Shown in pieces: positions 38,932 to 49,700 of a DNA stretch of 64,000 bases. The stretch is from a virus (lineage: Duplodnaviria > Caudoviricetes). Both the position numbers and the translations under genes were made by a program. Under the pieces are notes generated by a model that was not told the origin of the DNA, made no database searches, and was given only the letters and a program-made list of their open reading frames with translations. The stretch lies in the IMG/VR virus record IMGVR_UViG_3300037067_013225, positions 1-64,000 of that record; one strand, written 5' to 3'. Positions within the stretch are counted from its first letter, which is position 1. Each line of letters starts with the position of its first letter.

Positions 38932-39239
38932 ACGAGAGTGAAAAGTATGCCAACCAAATTTGAGACTGAACCAATATGCGCTTTCAGTTTTGCAGTCCCT
39001 CGCAACTGGCGTTACGATGTGAAGAAGGAATTTCATCAGTCTCTTGGTGATGCGTGTCCTCCAGGATTAATCCTGGAGGACACTGATGTTCCTGTAGGGA
39101 ATGCTTTTATCGTCATTACGTTAAAACGATTTCGCGAGAAAGCTGAAAAAGTTATTGCCAAACATATTGATGCATACAATCAGGTCAACACGGCGCGCAA
39201 AGCACAAGATGCTCGTGGGAGCGAAGGGCCACGAATTCT

Positions 39240-39875
39240 ATGATTGAACAAATCATCGGTGTTGGTGGTTCTGCGGGTGCTGGCAAAAGCACCCTATGTA
39301 AGGTTGCAAGCAATTTCTTCGGGTTTCAACATCTTGAAATGGCCGATCCTTTACGCAAAATAGCCGCAGTGTTTCAGGCTGATGGGTACGGTTACGAACC
39401 GGCCATAGATTATGCCGATCTGCATCTGGCCTTGGTTAATGCCGGATATATTTTGGATGCGCACGAAACCACTATCGGGTTGAATAAAATTTTAGCGATG
39501 TTTGATATGGTTAACGAATATCGCGAAACAAAATCGGTTCATGATAGAGCCTTTGTGCAGTTTTTAGGTACGGAAGTCATGCGGCATTTGTTTGGTGAAA
39601 ACGTTCATTGTAATGCAGTATGGTCTAATTTACAGCCCTTGGCTCTACCAAAAAAACTTATTATTGGTAGTATACGGTTTCAGAACGAATATGATTTTTG
39701 GAAATCTAAAGCGATTAAATATAGCCAGATTATTATAGATCGTAAAACACCGCAATTAAATCATATTAGTGAGGTATGGTATAGGAGTTTTTCTGGCGAG
39801 AAAACAATCATTAAAAATGACGGATCGATGGCCGATTTCGTTAAAGATTGTGCATACACTATACAAAATATCTAG
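39240..39875 (+). CDS. deoxynucleoside monophosphate kinase
   Basis: GGSAGAGKST P-loop, MADPLR, QFLGTE, IRFQNE, HISE. Confidence 0.85.
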   Translation: MIEQIIGVGGSAGAGKSTLCKVASNFFGFQHLEMADPLRKIAAVFQADGYGYEPAIDYADLHLALVNAGYILDAHETTIGLNKILAMFDMVNEYRETKSVHDRAFVQFLGTEVMRHLFGENVHCNAVWSNLQPLALPKKLIIGSIRFQNEYDFWKSKAIKYSQIIIDRKTPQLNHISEVWYRSFSGEKTIIKNDGSMADFVKDCAYTIQNI

Positions 39876-39884
39876 GAGTAATAA

Positions 39885-40709
39885 ATGGACGACGAAATCT
39901 ATGTCAAGCCTCAAACCGTAATGAGGATTATCGGAGTGGTTATTCTTTGCGTAGTGCTGTTTTGGGCAGGTTGTTCAGCATTGCGATTTGTTAAACCGGG
40001 AACTGAAGGTGTTCCGATTGTGTTGGGTGCGGTACAAGCCCACACACTTACACCAGGACCGCACATTGTGGCACCATTTATCACGAGTGTTGCTGTTTTG
40101 GAAACGCGAGAGCAAAAGGAGCAAGTCGAAGTAACGGCTGCATCGAAGGATTTGCAGGATGTTAAGAGCATCATCGCTTTGAACTTTCACATTAATCCCG
40201 GAGAGGCTGGCAGGTTGTATCAGGAAATCGGGTTATCTTATAAGGAACGTGTCATTGATCCTGCTCTACAAGAAGCATTCAAATCAGCTACGTCCAAATA
40301 CACGGCAGAGCAATTGATTACTCGGCGAGACGAAGTAAAGACCGTTGCAACAGATTTGCTGAAGACTAGGTTGCAAGATCGATTTATTAGCGTTAATGCG
40401 TTATCTATTGTTAATTTTGAATTCAGCGAGGGATTTACTAAGGCTATTGAGCAAAAGCAGATTGCTGAACAAAACGCATTAAAGGCGAGTCGCGATTTAG
40501 ATCGGATTAAGATCGAAGCCGAACAACGAATCGTTCAGGCGCAGGCCGAAGCGGAATCTCTAAGATTGCAGAAGGATAATCTTTCCGTAGATCTGATTTC
40601 ATTGCGTCAAATCGAATTAATGAAGACTTGGATTGCGAAATGGGATGGCAAAATGCCCATGTATATGAATGGTGGCGATAACGCGATGTTTATGATGCCG
40701 CTAAAATAA
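39885..40709 (+). CDS. SPFH/prohibitin (band 7) membrane protein
   Basis: N-terminal TM, PG.H...PF, SKDLQ, AIEQKQIAEQ, KWDGKMP. Confidence 0.92.
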   Translation: MDDEIYVKPQTVMRIIGVVILCVVLFWAGCSALRFVKPGTEGVPIVLGAVQAHTLTPGPHIVAPFITSVAVLETREQKEQVEVTAASKDLQDVKSIIALNFHINPGEAGRLYQEIGLSYKERVIDPALQEAFKSATSKYTAEQLITRRDEVKTVATDLLKTRLQDRFISVNALSIVNFEFSEGFTKAIEQKQIAEQNALKASRDLDRIKIEAEQRIVQAQAEAESLRLQKDNLSVDLISLRQIELMKTWIAKWDGKMPMYMNGGDNAMFMMPLK

Positions 40710-40931
40710 GGAGATATCCATGAGAGAATATCTAGTATACGAAATCGACTATCCCGAAACAGGTACCATCGTCGAAGCTGACAACGAAGATGAAGCGAAG
40801 AAAATATACAACGAGATGACGGGAAGCCCATTACCATATGACAGTCTAGATGTGTATTTTTGGATGGAATAGTAAGATGATGTCTGCGAAAATTAAACCG
40901 CCAGAATAATTAATTTGTTTCTTTCTGATTT

Positions 40932-40957
40932 TGGAGGCGAAAGCCTCCATTTTTTTT
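40932..40957 (+). terminator. intrinsic terminator
   Basis: TGGAGGC-GAAA-GCCTCCA plus T8. Confidence 0.9.
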
Positions 40958-40972
40958 GGGTACAATTGAGAC

Positions 40973-41914
40973 ATGCGGAAGAAATGTATTCTTGTGGGAA
41001 GCGTTGGTTCAGCTAGGGCGATGTGTTCGACTATCGGATTATTCTATGCTCTCAAATATTATGATTTCGATATCATCGGTATGACGGGTGTTTCTGGTGG
41101 ATCTATCGCGTTACCTTTATTGGCTCAAGATATTTCTATTAATGAATTGGTCCAGACCATTTCAACCGTAGATGGTTCTAAGATACAGGATCAAGATATC
41201 ACCCAGCAGGCAATAGATTGGGTCAGAAATAAATTGGGGATGAAGCGCAAGGGCGATGTTCCATTTACTGGCGTGTTTCGCGGTAATGGGCTGAAGGGAG
41301 AGCTAAAAAAGGTATACGCAAAATATAATGCTTTAACATTTGAAAATGCTAAAATACCATTTAGTGTTATAGCTACCAAGATCGCCATTCCGGAACAATA
41401 CGTTGCTATTACAGAACAAAATCCACATATTACTTTTTTAAATGCGATAACTCGCAATTTTAAAGAAGTATTCAAACATGGTGATGTGCTATGTCCTGTT
41501 AGAGCCTCCACTGCCATTCCTCTAATTTTCCGTCCTGAGAAGATCAACCGGTGTTTGTACGTTGATGGTGGTGCGGTAGAGAGTATCCCGGTGTGGTCTG
41601 CGATACAAGAATATGGTAAATATGATGTATTCGTGGCGGATGCGACTGGAGATATTCTAACGGAGCCAATGTTTGCAGATGATGTTGATTCCCTGATTGA
41701 GATTGGTGTTGCCACCATACACAGCATTATCCGAGAATCCTCATTGCAGAAGTTAAATCAATCCATGACTCTATTAAATTCCATTTCAAAACAAATCGTT
41801 TTAGTTAAACCTAAAATTAAAGTTGGTATGACCGAAGTAAAACAATATGAGCCTGCGATTATGCAAGCTTATGATTATGCCCTGAAATATATTCCGGAGG
41901 TATATAGTGTCTGA
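40973..41914 (+). CDS. patatin-like phospholipase
   Basis: GVSGG nucleophile elbow, ASTAIPLIF.P, YVDGG. Confidence 0.88.
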   Translation: MRKKCILVGSVGSARAMCSTIGLFYALKYYDFDIIGMTGVSGGSIALPLLAQDISINELVQTISTVDGSKIQDQDITQQAIDWVRNKLGMKRKGDVPFTGVFRGNGLKGELKKVYAKYNALTFENAKIPFSVIATKIAIPEQYVAITEQNPHITFLNAITRNFKEVFKHGDVLCPVRASTAIPLIFRPEKINRCLYVDGGAVESIPVWSAIQEYGKYDVFVADATGDILTEPMFADDVDSLIEIGVATIHSIIRESSLQKLNQSMTLLNSISKQIVLVKPKIKVGMTEVKQYEPAIMQAYDYALKYIPEVYSV

Positions 41915-42449
41915 AATAGCAGATATCCTAAATGCAATAAGTGCATTTATAACTACTCACGGTATGGGATTGACATTTACGATTATTTGGTTTCTTCTAG
42001 TTATTGGACTGATAGTTGTTATTGTGAGATATTTATTCGCGCAAGTAAATAATACCGATAAAGAACATAAAAAAATACAATCCAATATCGAAGATGTAAA
42101 AGATTTTATTGCGAAACAATCCAATATCAAGACGATTGAGAATAGCGTTATTGCTGCTATAACATACAATGCGGATAAAATTGTTGCGCATATAGATAGT
42201 GTTTATACGGATCAGTTAGAATCCTCATATCATACCATTATGGAGCACATTGATAGATTGGATACGGAATTAACTAATGTTGCAGAGAGATTACGAACAT
42301 TACTAGATCAGGCGCAATTTGGTAGAGCCGAAGACACCAAACAACTTTCTTCTACGCTGGAAGCCATACGTAGAGATTTGACATCGTTGGCGGCGAGTAT
42401 CAGGACCACTATAAATATTTTGATTGATAAGAAGGTTGGAGATGAATAA
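41907..42449 (+). CDS. single-TM coiled-coil protein (holin-like candidate)
   Basis: hydrophobic helix at aa ~20-44, then helical tail. Confidence 0.5.
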   Translation: MSEIADILNAISAFITTHGMGLTFTIIWFLLVIGLIVVIVRYLFAQVNNTDKEHKKIQSNIEDVKDFIAKQSNIKTIENSVIAAITYNADKIVAHIDSVYTDQLESSYHTIMEHIDRLDTELTNVAERLRTLLDQAQFGRAEDTKQLSSTLEAIRRDLTSLAASIRTTINILIDKKVGDE

Positions 42450-42577
42450 GGTCGATCATCGCCAGTCAAATGAAGACGTTGATGAGTTTGAGGAATTGGC
42501 TCGTGCAGTCAAAAGATTAGTCATGGTGATAGCGGAAGAACGCAAAAAGAAACGTATTCGCGGTAAGTTAATTATTA

Positions 42578-43138
42578 ATGAGTTTAAGAATTCGAAATGA
42601 TGTTCTAGCCATTGATCCCAGCTTAAAGGCTACAGGATACTGTCACTCGTTGTCGGATTATGGTACGCTGAAGTTCTCCCGCACCACCGATAATTGCAAG
42701 GATATCGGCACGATATATCACAGTTTAAGCACCCTCATAACGACCCTCGGCTCTATTAAATATATCTGTAAGGAAAATTACGCTCTAGGATATCATAATG
42801 CAGGTATGACGAGAATTATGGAAGTTGGCGGTGTTATTCAGTTGTTATGTTTTGAACACGATATCAAGCTAATAACTATTGCACCAACCAGCATCAAGAA
42901 AATCATAACTGGTTGTGGTAGCGGAAAGAAAGACGGAGTGATGCGAGAAATAAACACGATATTAAATACACAAATTACCGACGACAATATTACTGACGCA
43001 GTCGCGATTTATTTAGCCGGATGTGGATATTTACAAATTGTAGAAGACAGACAATTATCGACAAGTATTAAAGTTGCTGATTTATCTAGTGATATTGAAC
43101 AGTCAATTCGAGAGTTTAAACATGGCATGCTGCGGTAA
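42578..43138 (+). CDS. RuvC-like Holliday junction resolvase
   Basis: VLAIDPSLKATG, KE, PTSIKKIITG.GSGKKD, DNITDA. Confidence 0.88.
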   Translation: MSLRIRNDVLAIDPSLKATGYCHSLSDYGTLKFSRTTDNCKDIGTIYHSLSTLITTLGSIKYICKENYALGYHNAGMTRIMEVGGVIQLLCFEHDIKLITIAPTSIKKIITGCGSGKKDGVMREINTILNTQITDDNITDAVAIYLAGCGYLQIVEDRQLSTSIKVADLSSDIEQSIREFKHGMLR

Positions 43139-43354
43139 AGGCTCTAATGTTCCAGATATTTATCTCTATATAGATGATAAGGAATATCATTTGGGTCATG
43201 GCGTTTTATCACTATATCTGAGGGGCTTGAGGCAATTCTATGAAGTCGGTTCTCATACGCTTATAATCGAAAACAAAAAAACACAAAGTCGTCAGCAAGG
43301 TATATTAACTTATAAGAGCGGATTTCCATATCTAAATGGAAGAAGGTTGTTCTA

Positions 43355-43900
43355 ATGCGTGATCCTGCCGATTATAATAAACCAAGTTCTTTTTTGAAAC
43401 TGGCATACAAACAATACAAATATACTTTGCGTCCGGATGTCGCAAGAGACATGAGATTTCGTGTATTGCCGACTTTTATATCTATCAAAGTCAATACCAA
43501 TTCACTGAACGCATTATATTATCCGGGAACAATTACATCTTATTTTTTGAACAAGATGTATGCTCAGAAGGGTTTTGATTTCAAGATCACTTCAAATAAT
43601 GGACAATGTATCTTATATAAAAGAGGATTAACTCGTCATACATCATTTGAATATCAAGTTAGAAATAAACCATATATCTTTTTGGAAGAAATTAATGGTA
43701 ACGGAGAGATATATTTAACATTTGATTATGCTACAATCGGATTGGTTGCCGGACATGTTGATAATTATCAGGTAACATTTAAGACACCGAAAGAGTCTGT
43801 TAGGGCCGATTTAGATTCGGTTACTACATATTACAAATTATACAACTATATTGCCGATTTGTCATTTTATTTGCCGGATATGGGAAACTATATTCAATGA
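43355..43900 (+). CDS. hypothetical protein
   Basis: 181 aa, coupled on both sides. Confidence 0.65.
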   Translation: MRDPADYNKPSSFLKLAYKQYKYTLRPDVARDMRFRVLPTFISIKVNTNSLNALYYPGTITSYFLNKMYAQKGFDFKITSNNGQCILYKRGLTRHTSFEYQVRNKPYIFLEEINGNGEIYLTFDYATIGLVAGHVDNYQVTFKTPKESVRADLDSVTTYYKLYNYIADLSFYLPDMGNYIQ

Positions 43901-45381
43901 CGATATGCGTTAAACCATTTCGCGGCAATACTGGTATCGGAACCACCAAGACATCATATTCGACTTCGCGTACATCAGCGCCAATAACAAATCCCGCTAT
44001 AAAATCTCCCGATTGGCGTCCAGTTAATCCCATCAAATGGGATTTCCCCACTGTGATTAAAAATCCCAATATCATTGCGCATACTATTAACTTCGAAGAT
44101 CGGCGTATTACATGGACTATTCAATATGATGCTACACCAGATACGCAGACTGGAGATAAATGTCCTGAGAATATTAAGAATAAGTTTGGGTTACTCGGTA
44201 GCGAATATCCATTCAATAAACAGACGAAGAAGACAAAAGTATTGTCTGTCGATTGTGAAACATCTCCAGATGTATTTGCGGCATTTACACATCATGGCGA
44301 AAGCGGGATTAATTTACTAACTGTGCCAAAATCTTATACGGGGAAATATGCCGAGACCTTTTTTATAGACTATTTCATTAACGACATCACTCCGAATGTT
44401 ACATTGCCGGATGCGTATCAGTGTTTGACGGAAGTTCCGCTTTGTATTGAGCCGGATAGTATGTTGCGTAACGTTCCCATATCGGGGCTTGATGTCGCGC
44501 TTCGTTCAATTATAGTCGATGAGGATAGATTACAATATAACCTGCTTATCAATGGTGCTCCAGCGTCCATGCAGGGGACACGTTATGATGATAATATTCC
44601 AATAGGTGCGGATGCGCCAATTCTAAACATCCCGTCATTGGGACTACATCCCTTATTGCAAGAGAGCCTTTCTAATCTGGAAGATGCGGTTGCTGCTGCA
44701 TCTAGTAAGAGTCCTTTTGGTAAGGGCGATGGTGATGCCGCAGATCAAACGCCGCCGTCTGGTTCTGCTGAAGATAAGGCAGATTCTCCCGTTTGTGGCG
44801 GAACTAATTCCGTTACATTTAGCGATATTTTGCCGTTACTGACATTTAACTATTCGTTTTTCCCTGAGCGCATTTTAGATCTGTTTCTCAATATTATATG
44901 GCGCATATTCGAGTTTTTACTGTGGATATTCTTCAATATTCTCCCAGTATGCGAAGTTGAATGGCAAATAGCAGCGGATAAACTTAAAGCGATATTCACA
45001 TTCAACGGACAAGATTGCACACCACCATTTATTAATAAACTCTCAGATCAGATGGTTAAATTCTTTGGTAAAGCAACCTGCTGCAATGTAAAAGAATTAC
45101 TTAAGTATATTTTGCTGGGTCAGTGGCAGAAAGCCCTGCCTCTATTTATCAGATGCGTTGTTTATTGGATAATTTGTTTTTATAGACGCGTATTGCACTA
45201 CTTCTTATTATTATTGATGTCGGTATCTCGATATATCATCAATATTATTTTGTACGGTAGTGATTGCGCTTGTGCCTTTGTTAAAACCGGATCTTTAACA
45301 GATTGCGTACCGCAAGTAGATCTGGATATATCTCGCATGAATGAAAGCACATCTGGTTCTGATAATCAGGTGGGTTTATAG
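43897..45381 (+). CDS. hypothetical protein with Cys-rich hydrophobic C-terminal third
   Basis: 494 aa; acidic linker then hydrophobic helices with many Cys. Confidence 0.7.
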   Translation: MTICVKPFRGNTGIGTTKTSYSTSRTSAPITNPAIKSPDWRPVNPIKWDFPTVIKNPNIIAHTINFEDRRITWTIQYDATPDTQTGDKCPENIKNKFGLLGSEYPFNKQTKKTKVLSVDCETSPDVFAAFTHHGESGINLLTVPKSYTGKYAETFFIDYFINDITPNVTLPDAYQCLTEVPLCIEPDSMLRNVPISGLDVALRSIIVDEDRLQYNLLINGAPASMQGTRYDDNIPIGADAPILNIPSLGLHPLLQESLSNLEDAVAAASSKSPFGKGDGDAADQTPPSGSAEDKADSPVCGGTNSVTFSDILPLLTFNYSFFPERILDLFLNIIWRIFEFLLWIFFNILPVCEVEWQIAADKLKAIFTFNGQDCTPPFINKLSDQMVKFFGKATCCNVKELLKYILLGQWQKALPLFIRCVVYWIICFYRRVLHYFLLLLMSVSRYIINIILYGSDCACAFVKTGSLTDCVPQVDLDISRMNESTSGSDNQVGL

Positions 45382-45395
45382 GGTAAATTGCGTCT

Positions 45396-46454
45396 GTGAC
45401 AGAACTAGATCCAAATATCTTGCACGAGTTTAAGGCATCACCGTTAGGGTTTGATGATTTTGATCGTCATATGCAATATGCGGCTGGTTTACACGATTAT
45501 TTATCCGATAATGGAGCTATTAGTGCCGATGGTACTCTAGATATCGGGAAGACTCAGGAATCTTTGCAGGATTTAGATCAGAAAGATTTTGCCAAATGGA
45601 AGAATAGAATGGAATCCGGTTATCTTCCAGTCATGGCGCATATTCAACAATTTGTTGGGAAACCTGCAATAGAGACTAATCCTGGATATTTGTCCAATTT
45701 GGGTTCTTTGATATCATCTGGTCGGGGAGATTTATCTCACGATTTCGCATACGAATTTTCCCCACAAGGTGATCTTAGATATCGAAGCCCCAAGCAAACG
45801 CTTCAAGCTATTACATCCGGCAATACCACATATTTATTGCCGGAAAATATCAACCTAGCAAAAAGAGCGCTTAAATATGCGCGTGATGGACGTAAATTAT
45901 TGCAACTTGCGGATAAGGTTGTCAAAATATCCAATATGAGACCAGGACGGGCGAGTACGCCTGTTGGAGTAATGATGGGCCAAAACGCAGCCGGAATGGC
46001 AGCACTAACGCATGCGCCGGGACAGATTAAATCCAGCATGGCGAAATCTGATGTCAAGACAAACCTATATCTGCTGAACGATCTTCTAAATATAGATAGG
46101 AATAGAGCGGTGGCGCTTGCCAAAAACATTTCGGGTTCCGTTCGCGATGTGACAGCTTTCACGGCACAAGACACCAAGGCTCTAAAAAAAGCTATTATTT
46201 TCACTTGGCATATTAAGAAGGGAACAGACTTTAATAAAGCATACATAGATATAAACAACATTCCAATAGATTACGATTTGTTTGAGAAGAAGCGTGGTCA
46301 GTATTCTCGATATAACGTTGAGCCGTCCATGACATCCATTGTGGAGGAGATTGTAAATCAACCGGCAGATTCAGAGTTTATTGACGTTCTGTTACTACGG
46401 CTAGCACTGGACAATTACGTTGAGGACAAACATGCATATCGTCATCCTGCGTAA
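45396..46454 (+). CDS. hypothetical late protein, leaderless GTG
   Basis: GGG-TAAATT-6nt-GTG; 352 aa. Confidence 0.7.
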   Translation: MTELDPNILHEFKASPLGFDDFDRHMQYAAGLHDYLSDNGAISADGTLDIGKTQESLQDLDQKDFAKWKNRMESGYLPVMAHIQQFVGKPAIETNPGYLSNLGSLISSGRGDLSHDFAYEFSPQGDLRYRSPKQTLQAITSGNTTYLLPENINLAKRALKYARDGRKLLQLADKVVKISNMRPGRASTPVGVMMGQNAAGMAALTHAPGQIKSSMAKSDVKTNLYLLNDLLNIDRNRAVALAKNISGSVRDVTAFTAQDTKALKKAIIFTWHIKKGTDFNKAYIDINNIPIDYDLFEKKRGQYSRYNVEPSMTSIVEEIVNQPADSEFIDVLLLRLALDNYVEDKHAYRHPA

Positions 46455-46786
46455 AGAACTATACTCGGATAATTATCAGTCTGTGGATGGTATATTTGAA
46501 GGCGCATTCACGATATATAAGCTGATGAGTATGTTTCCGAACGCATATTTTTTGATTATAAATGACGATATGGAATTTCACGATAGTCGGATTATTAATC
46601 GCAAGCGAATGAAAGAACTATTTAATATCGATGAACGCAATCAAATACGTTGCGAAAATTGTCACACAAAAAACGTTATATCTCGCAAACTATGTCGCCA
46701 GTGCGGATATGAAAATAAATATTGGGAGATATTGCAATATTATTCGGATGATTTCGTAAAAGCGGCTGAATTACGAGGACTAATCG

Positions 46787-49700
46787 ATGAAATATGGTAA
46801 CGCGATAATTGCGAGAAGATTATTGTGTAAGGCGATAAAATATCCATATAGCGAAAAAGATGCCGAAAAAATCGGCAAAAAGATTGGAGCATCTGAGGAA
46901 GAAATAGCTCGTTTACGTCAAGGTATGAACGTAGAGCATGAACACGACCAAGATTCTGAAACTAATGTTGCTCATGGACGGCATAAGATTGTAGCTAAAA
47001 TTGCATTAGCTCATTTGCGCGAAATGCTGGATTATTATGATAAATTAAAAACTATTGAGAAGGGCAATTCGCAATTTCAAGCTTATGCATCAGCTTATAG
47101 TGATTTTAGCAATCTTGCAAACAATGACACGCTACGTAATCTAGATACTTTACAAGATCAATATCTTGAGGCAACAGGTATCGATCATAATTATGCGAAT
47201 CAAGTTTTAGATCAGATAAAAAAAACCGTAGTGCCATTAGCTAAACAATACAACCAAACATGGGATAAATATTCTCAGATTATTGCGGCACCACGTTTAA
47301 TGCAGTTCGGTCTAAATAGATTGGACGAGAATGATTTTGACAATCCCATGTTATTAGCACGGGGACATTTTAGAAATTACGGTAAAGCTTTGAACAATTT
47401 TAAGAATTTTCTCTCGGGTCAATTGACTCAACCACGAGATAATTTTGCCAAAGCCGACAGATATGAAACTCAGCCTGGAAAATCTCTCCTTGATGTGATG
47501 CATCGTGTACTCAAATTCAATTCAGAACATCCGCCCACACCACAGCCAATAGTCACACCCGAAGATAAAAATCGCCACGAACAAATCACTCATATTCACT
47601 CACTACGCGAAACACCCGAAACCGAATCGCCATTTATTGGTGGGGATACCTTTGATAAGGCTTTATCACCGCAACATCATCAGTCCATTCTATCTCAATT
47701 AGAGGGTAAAAATGAGGATGAATTACGAGCGGGTGGTATTTTGGGTGACAGGTTGGGAGAGGGGCTATATAGGCGTGTTTATTCATTAAAACAATATCCG
47801 GGTCTCGTTGTCAAAATACCGTTATCTGATAGGTCCATAGAAAACAATAAAACAGAATATCAGCATTATCAAAAATTTAGAGATTCGGGAGCCAAGAAAT
47901 ATGTAGCTCCCATATACGGCATCACATCTAATGGCATCTCTTTGGCTAAGCGGGTAGACCCACTACCAAAGGATGTAGCAAATCAGCTTGATCGTCTAGA
48001 TATTCTATCCAATCCCATGCATGAGGCTAGGCTGAAAAAGATCGTGGGTCTTGGTGTTGATGATGTGCATTCTGGTAATTTTGGAATAGATCGTGGAAAG
48101 CTAGTATCGTTGGATTATAACAAGGCTATTCCAGATCCTCTAGATACGAGCAAAGATGTGGAACTCGTCGATCAAAGTTTAGAACATTTAGATCCGGATT
48201 TTTCCGAGATGATATTGTCTTTGATTGATAGAGCGAGGGATTTTGGGTTAGAGCTTTATATTAGGGAGGGGTTTCGCACTCGTGCTCGTCAACAATATCT
48301 GAGTGATGTGGTTAATGCGCAGGGTGCTGGTGTCGCACCACCGATATATACACAAGAGGGAATGATTGATTTTGATGAACGCACTTTCCCTCATGGTGCG
48401 GGGTTTGCTGTAGATATTGGGATTAAGGGATTGGAGCAGCAGGAAGATGCGTATCATGCATTTTTGCATAAGTTGTGGGCCGCGATGTATCCCGGAAAGG
48501 TTAATCCAGATCCAATACCGGACGATTTCAACCATTACGAAGCATCTAAAGAATTTATCGATAAAAATTCGCGCGATCTAACAGAGTCCGATCATTATGG
48601 AGAATTTATGGATATCTTTTCCAAGGCACGTCGTGCCATTGCTGGCAAAAGTCGTGCTTGGGGGGATATTTTACATCATTATATTCGCGATATACATACG
48701 CCCGGATTAGATAACAGATCCGTTATTCCGGTTGATAAATATAAGTCTATTTTAGCGAATGCGATATCATATCATATTCGAAATCATCGCCCCGGCGCTC
48801 ACGAATATGAACAGCGCACGCCCGAAGAAACGAAAATTCGCACATCGCTATTTCATAATCTTATGGAAGGTAAGGGACTTGATGACAGATATTTATCCGA
48901 TTTAGATCCGGCGCATGATTCAAAGATACGCGCATTGCAGGGATTGGTTAACGAGACTAATTGGTCATCTAGAGATGATCTAGAAAAGCTAGAACGTAAC
49001 GTCACGCGACTCAATAACGTGCCGTCAGCGCCCGCTACAGCGTCGTCACCACCACCAGGCGCACTTCCTATAAGCGAATTCCTTAATAGAAACAAACCCG
49101 CACCCCAATGGACGCCCCAGGCTCTAAAACCACGTCCAGTAGTCGATCAAGCGTTACTAGATAGATTAACATCCAATACGCCGGGACAAGATTTTATAGA
49201 CGCAAACAAGCAAGCATGGAAGCAGAGTTTCGCCAAACCCGTTCAAGCTATGGCTCAGGGAGTTGAGGGATTGGGGCGAAAGATGGGAGTCATTAAAGCC
49301 ACATATGTGGATCAGATTAAAGAACGCACCGCACAAGATCCATACGAATCAGCCGGATTGAATCAGGGGCAAATAAGTGATTTGGTTCGCAGATTGTCCA
49401 ATGTATCGAATCCCGTACCGCGTAATATGCAACCACTTTTAGTACCTCAGTCTACGCCTGAACCGTCTCAAGATCCATATGAAGCTGCTGGATTAGAGAA
49501 GAAAAAGATATCGGATTTGGTACAGAGATTGTTGAATATTCGATACAAAGAGCCGGAAAATATTCTTCAGCCAGAAACGCAAGAACCCACATCAAGTAGC
49601 GATATTGTTTCGACATCCACAGATACAAACGATTTAATTTCGCAAGCCGAATCGGATTTTGCACCAAAGCCTCGCTTCATGTCCGAACGAAGTTACAATC

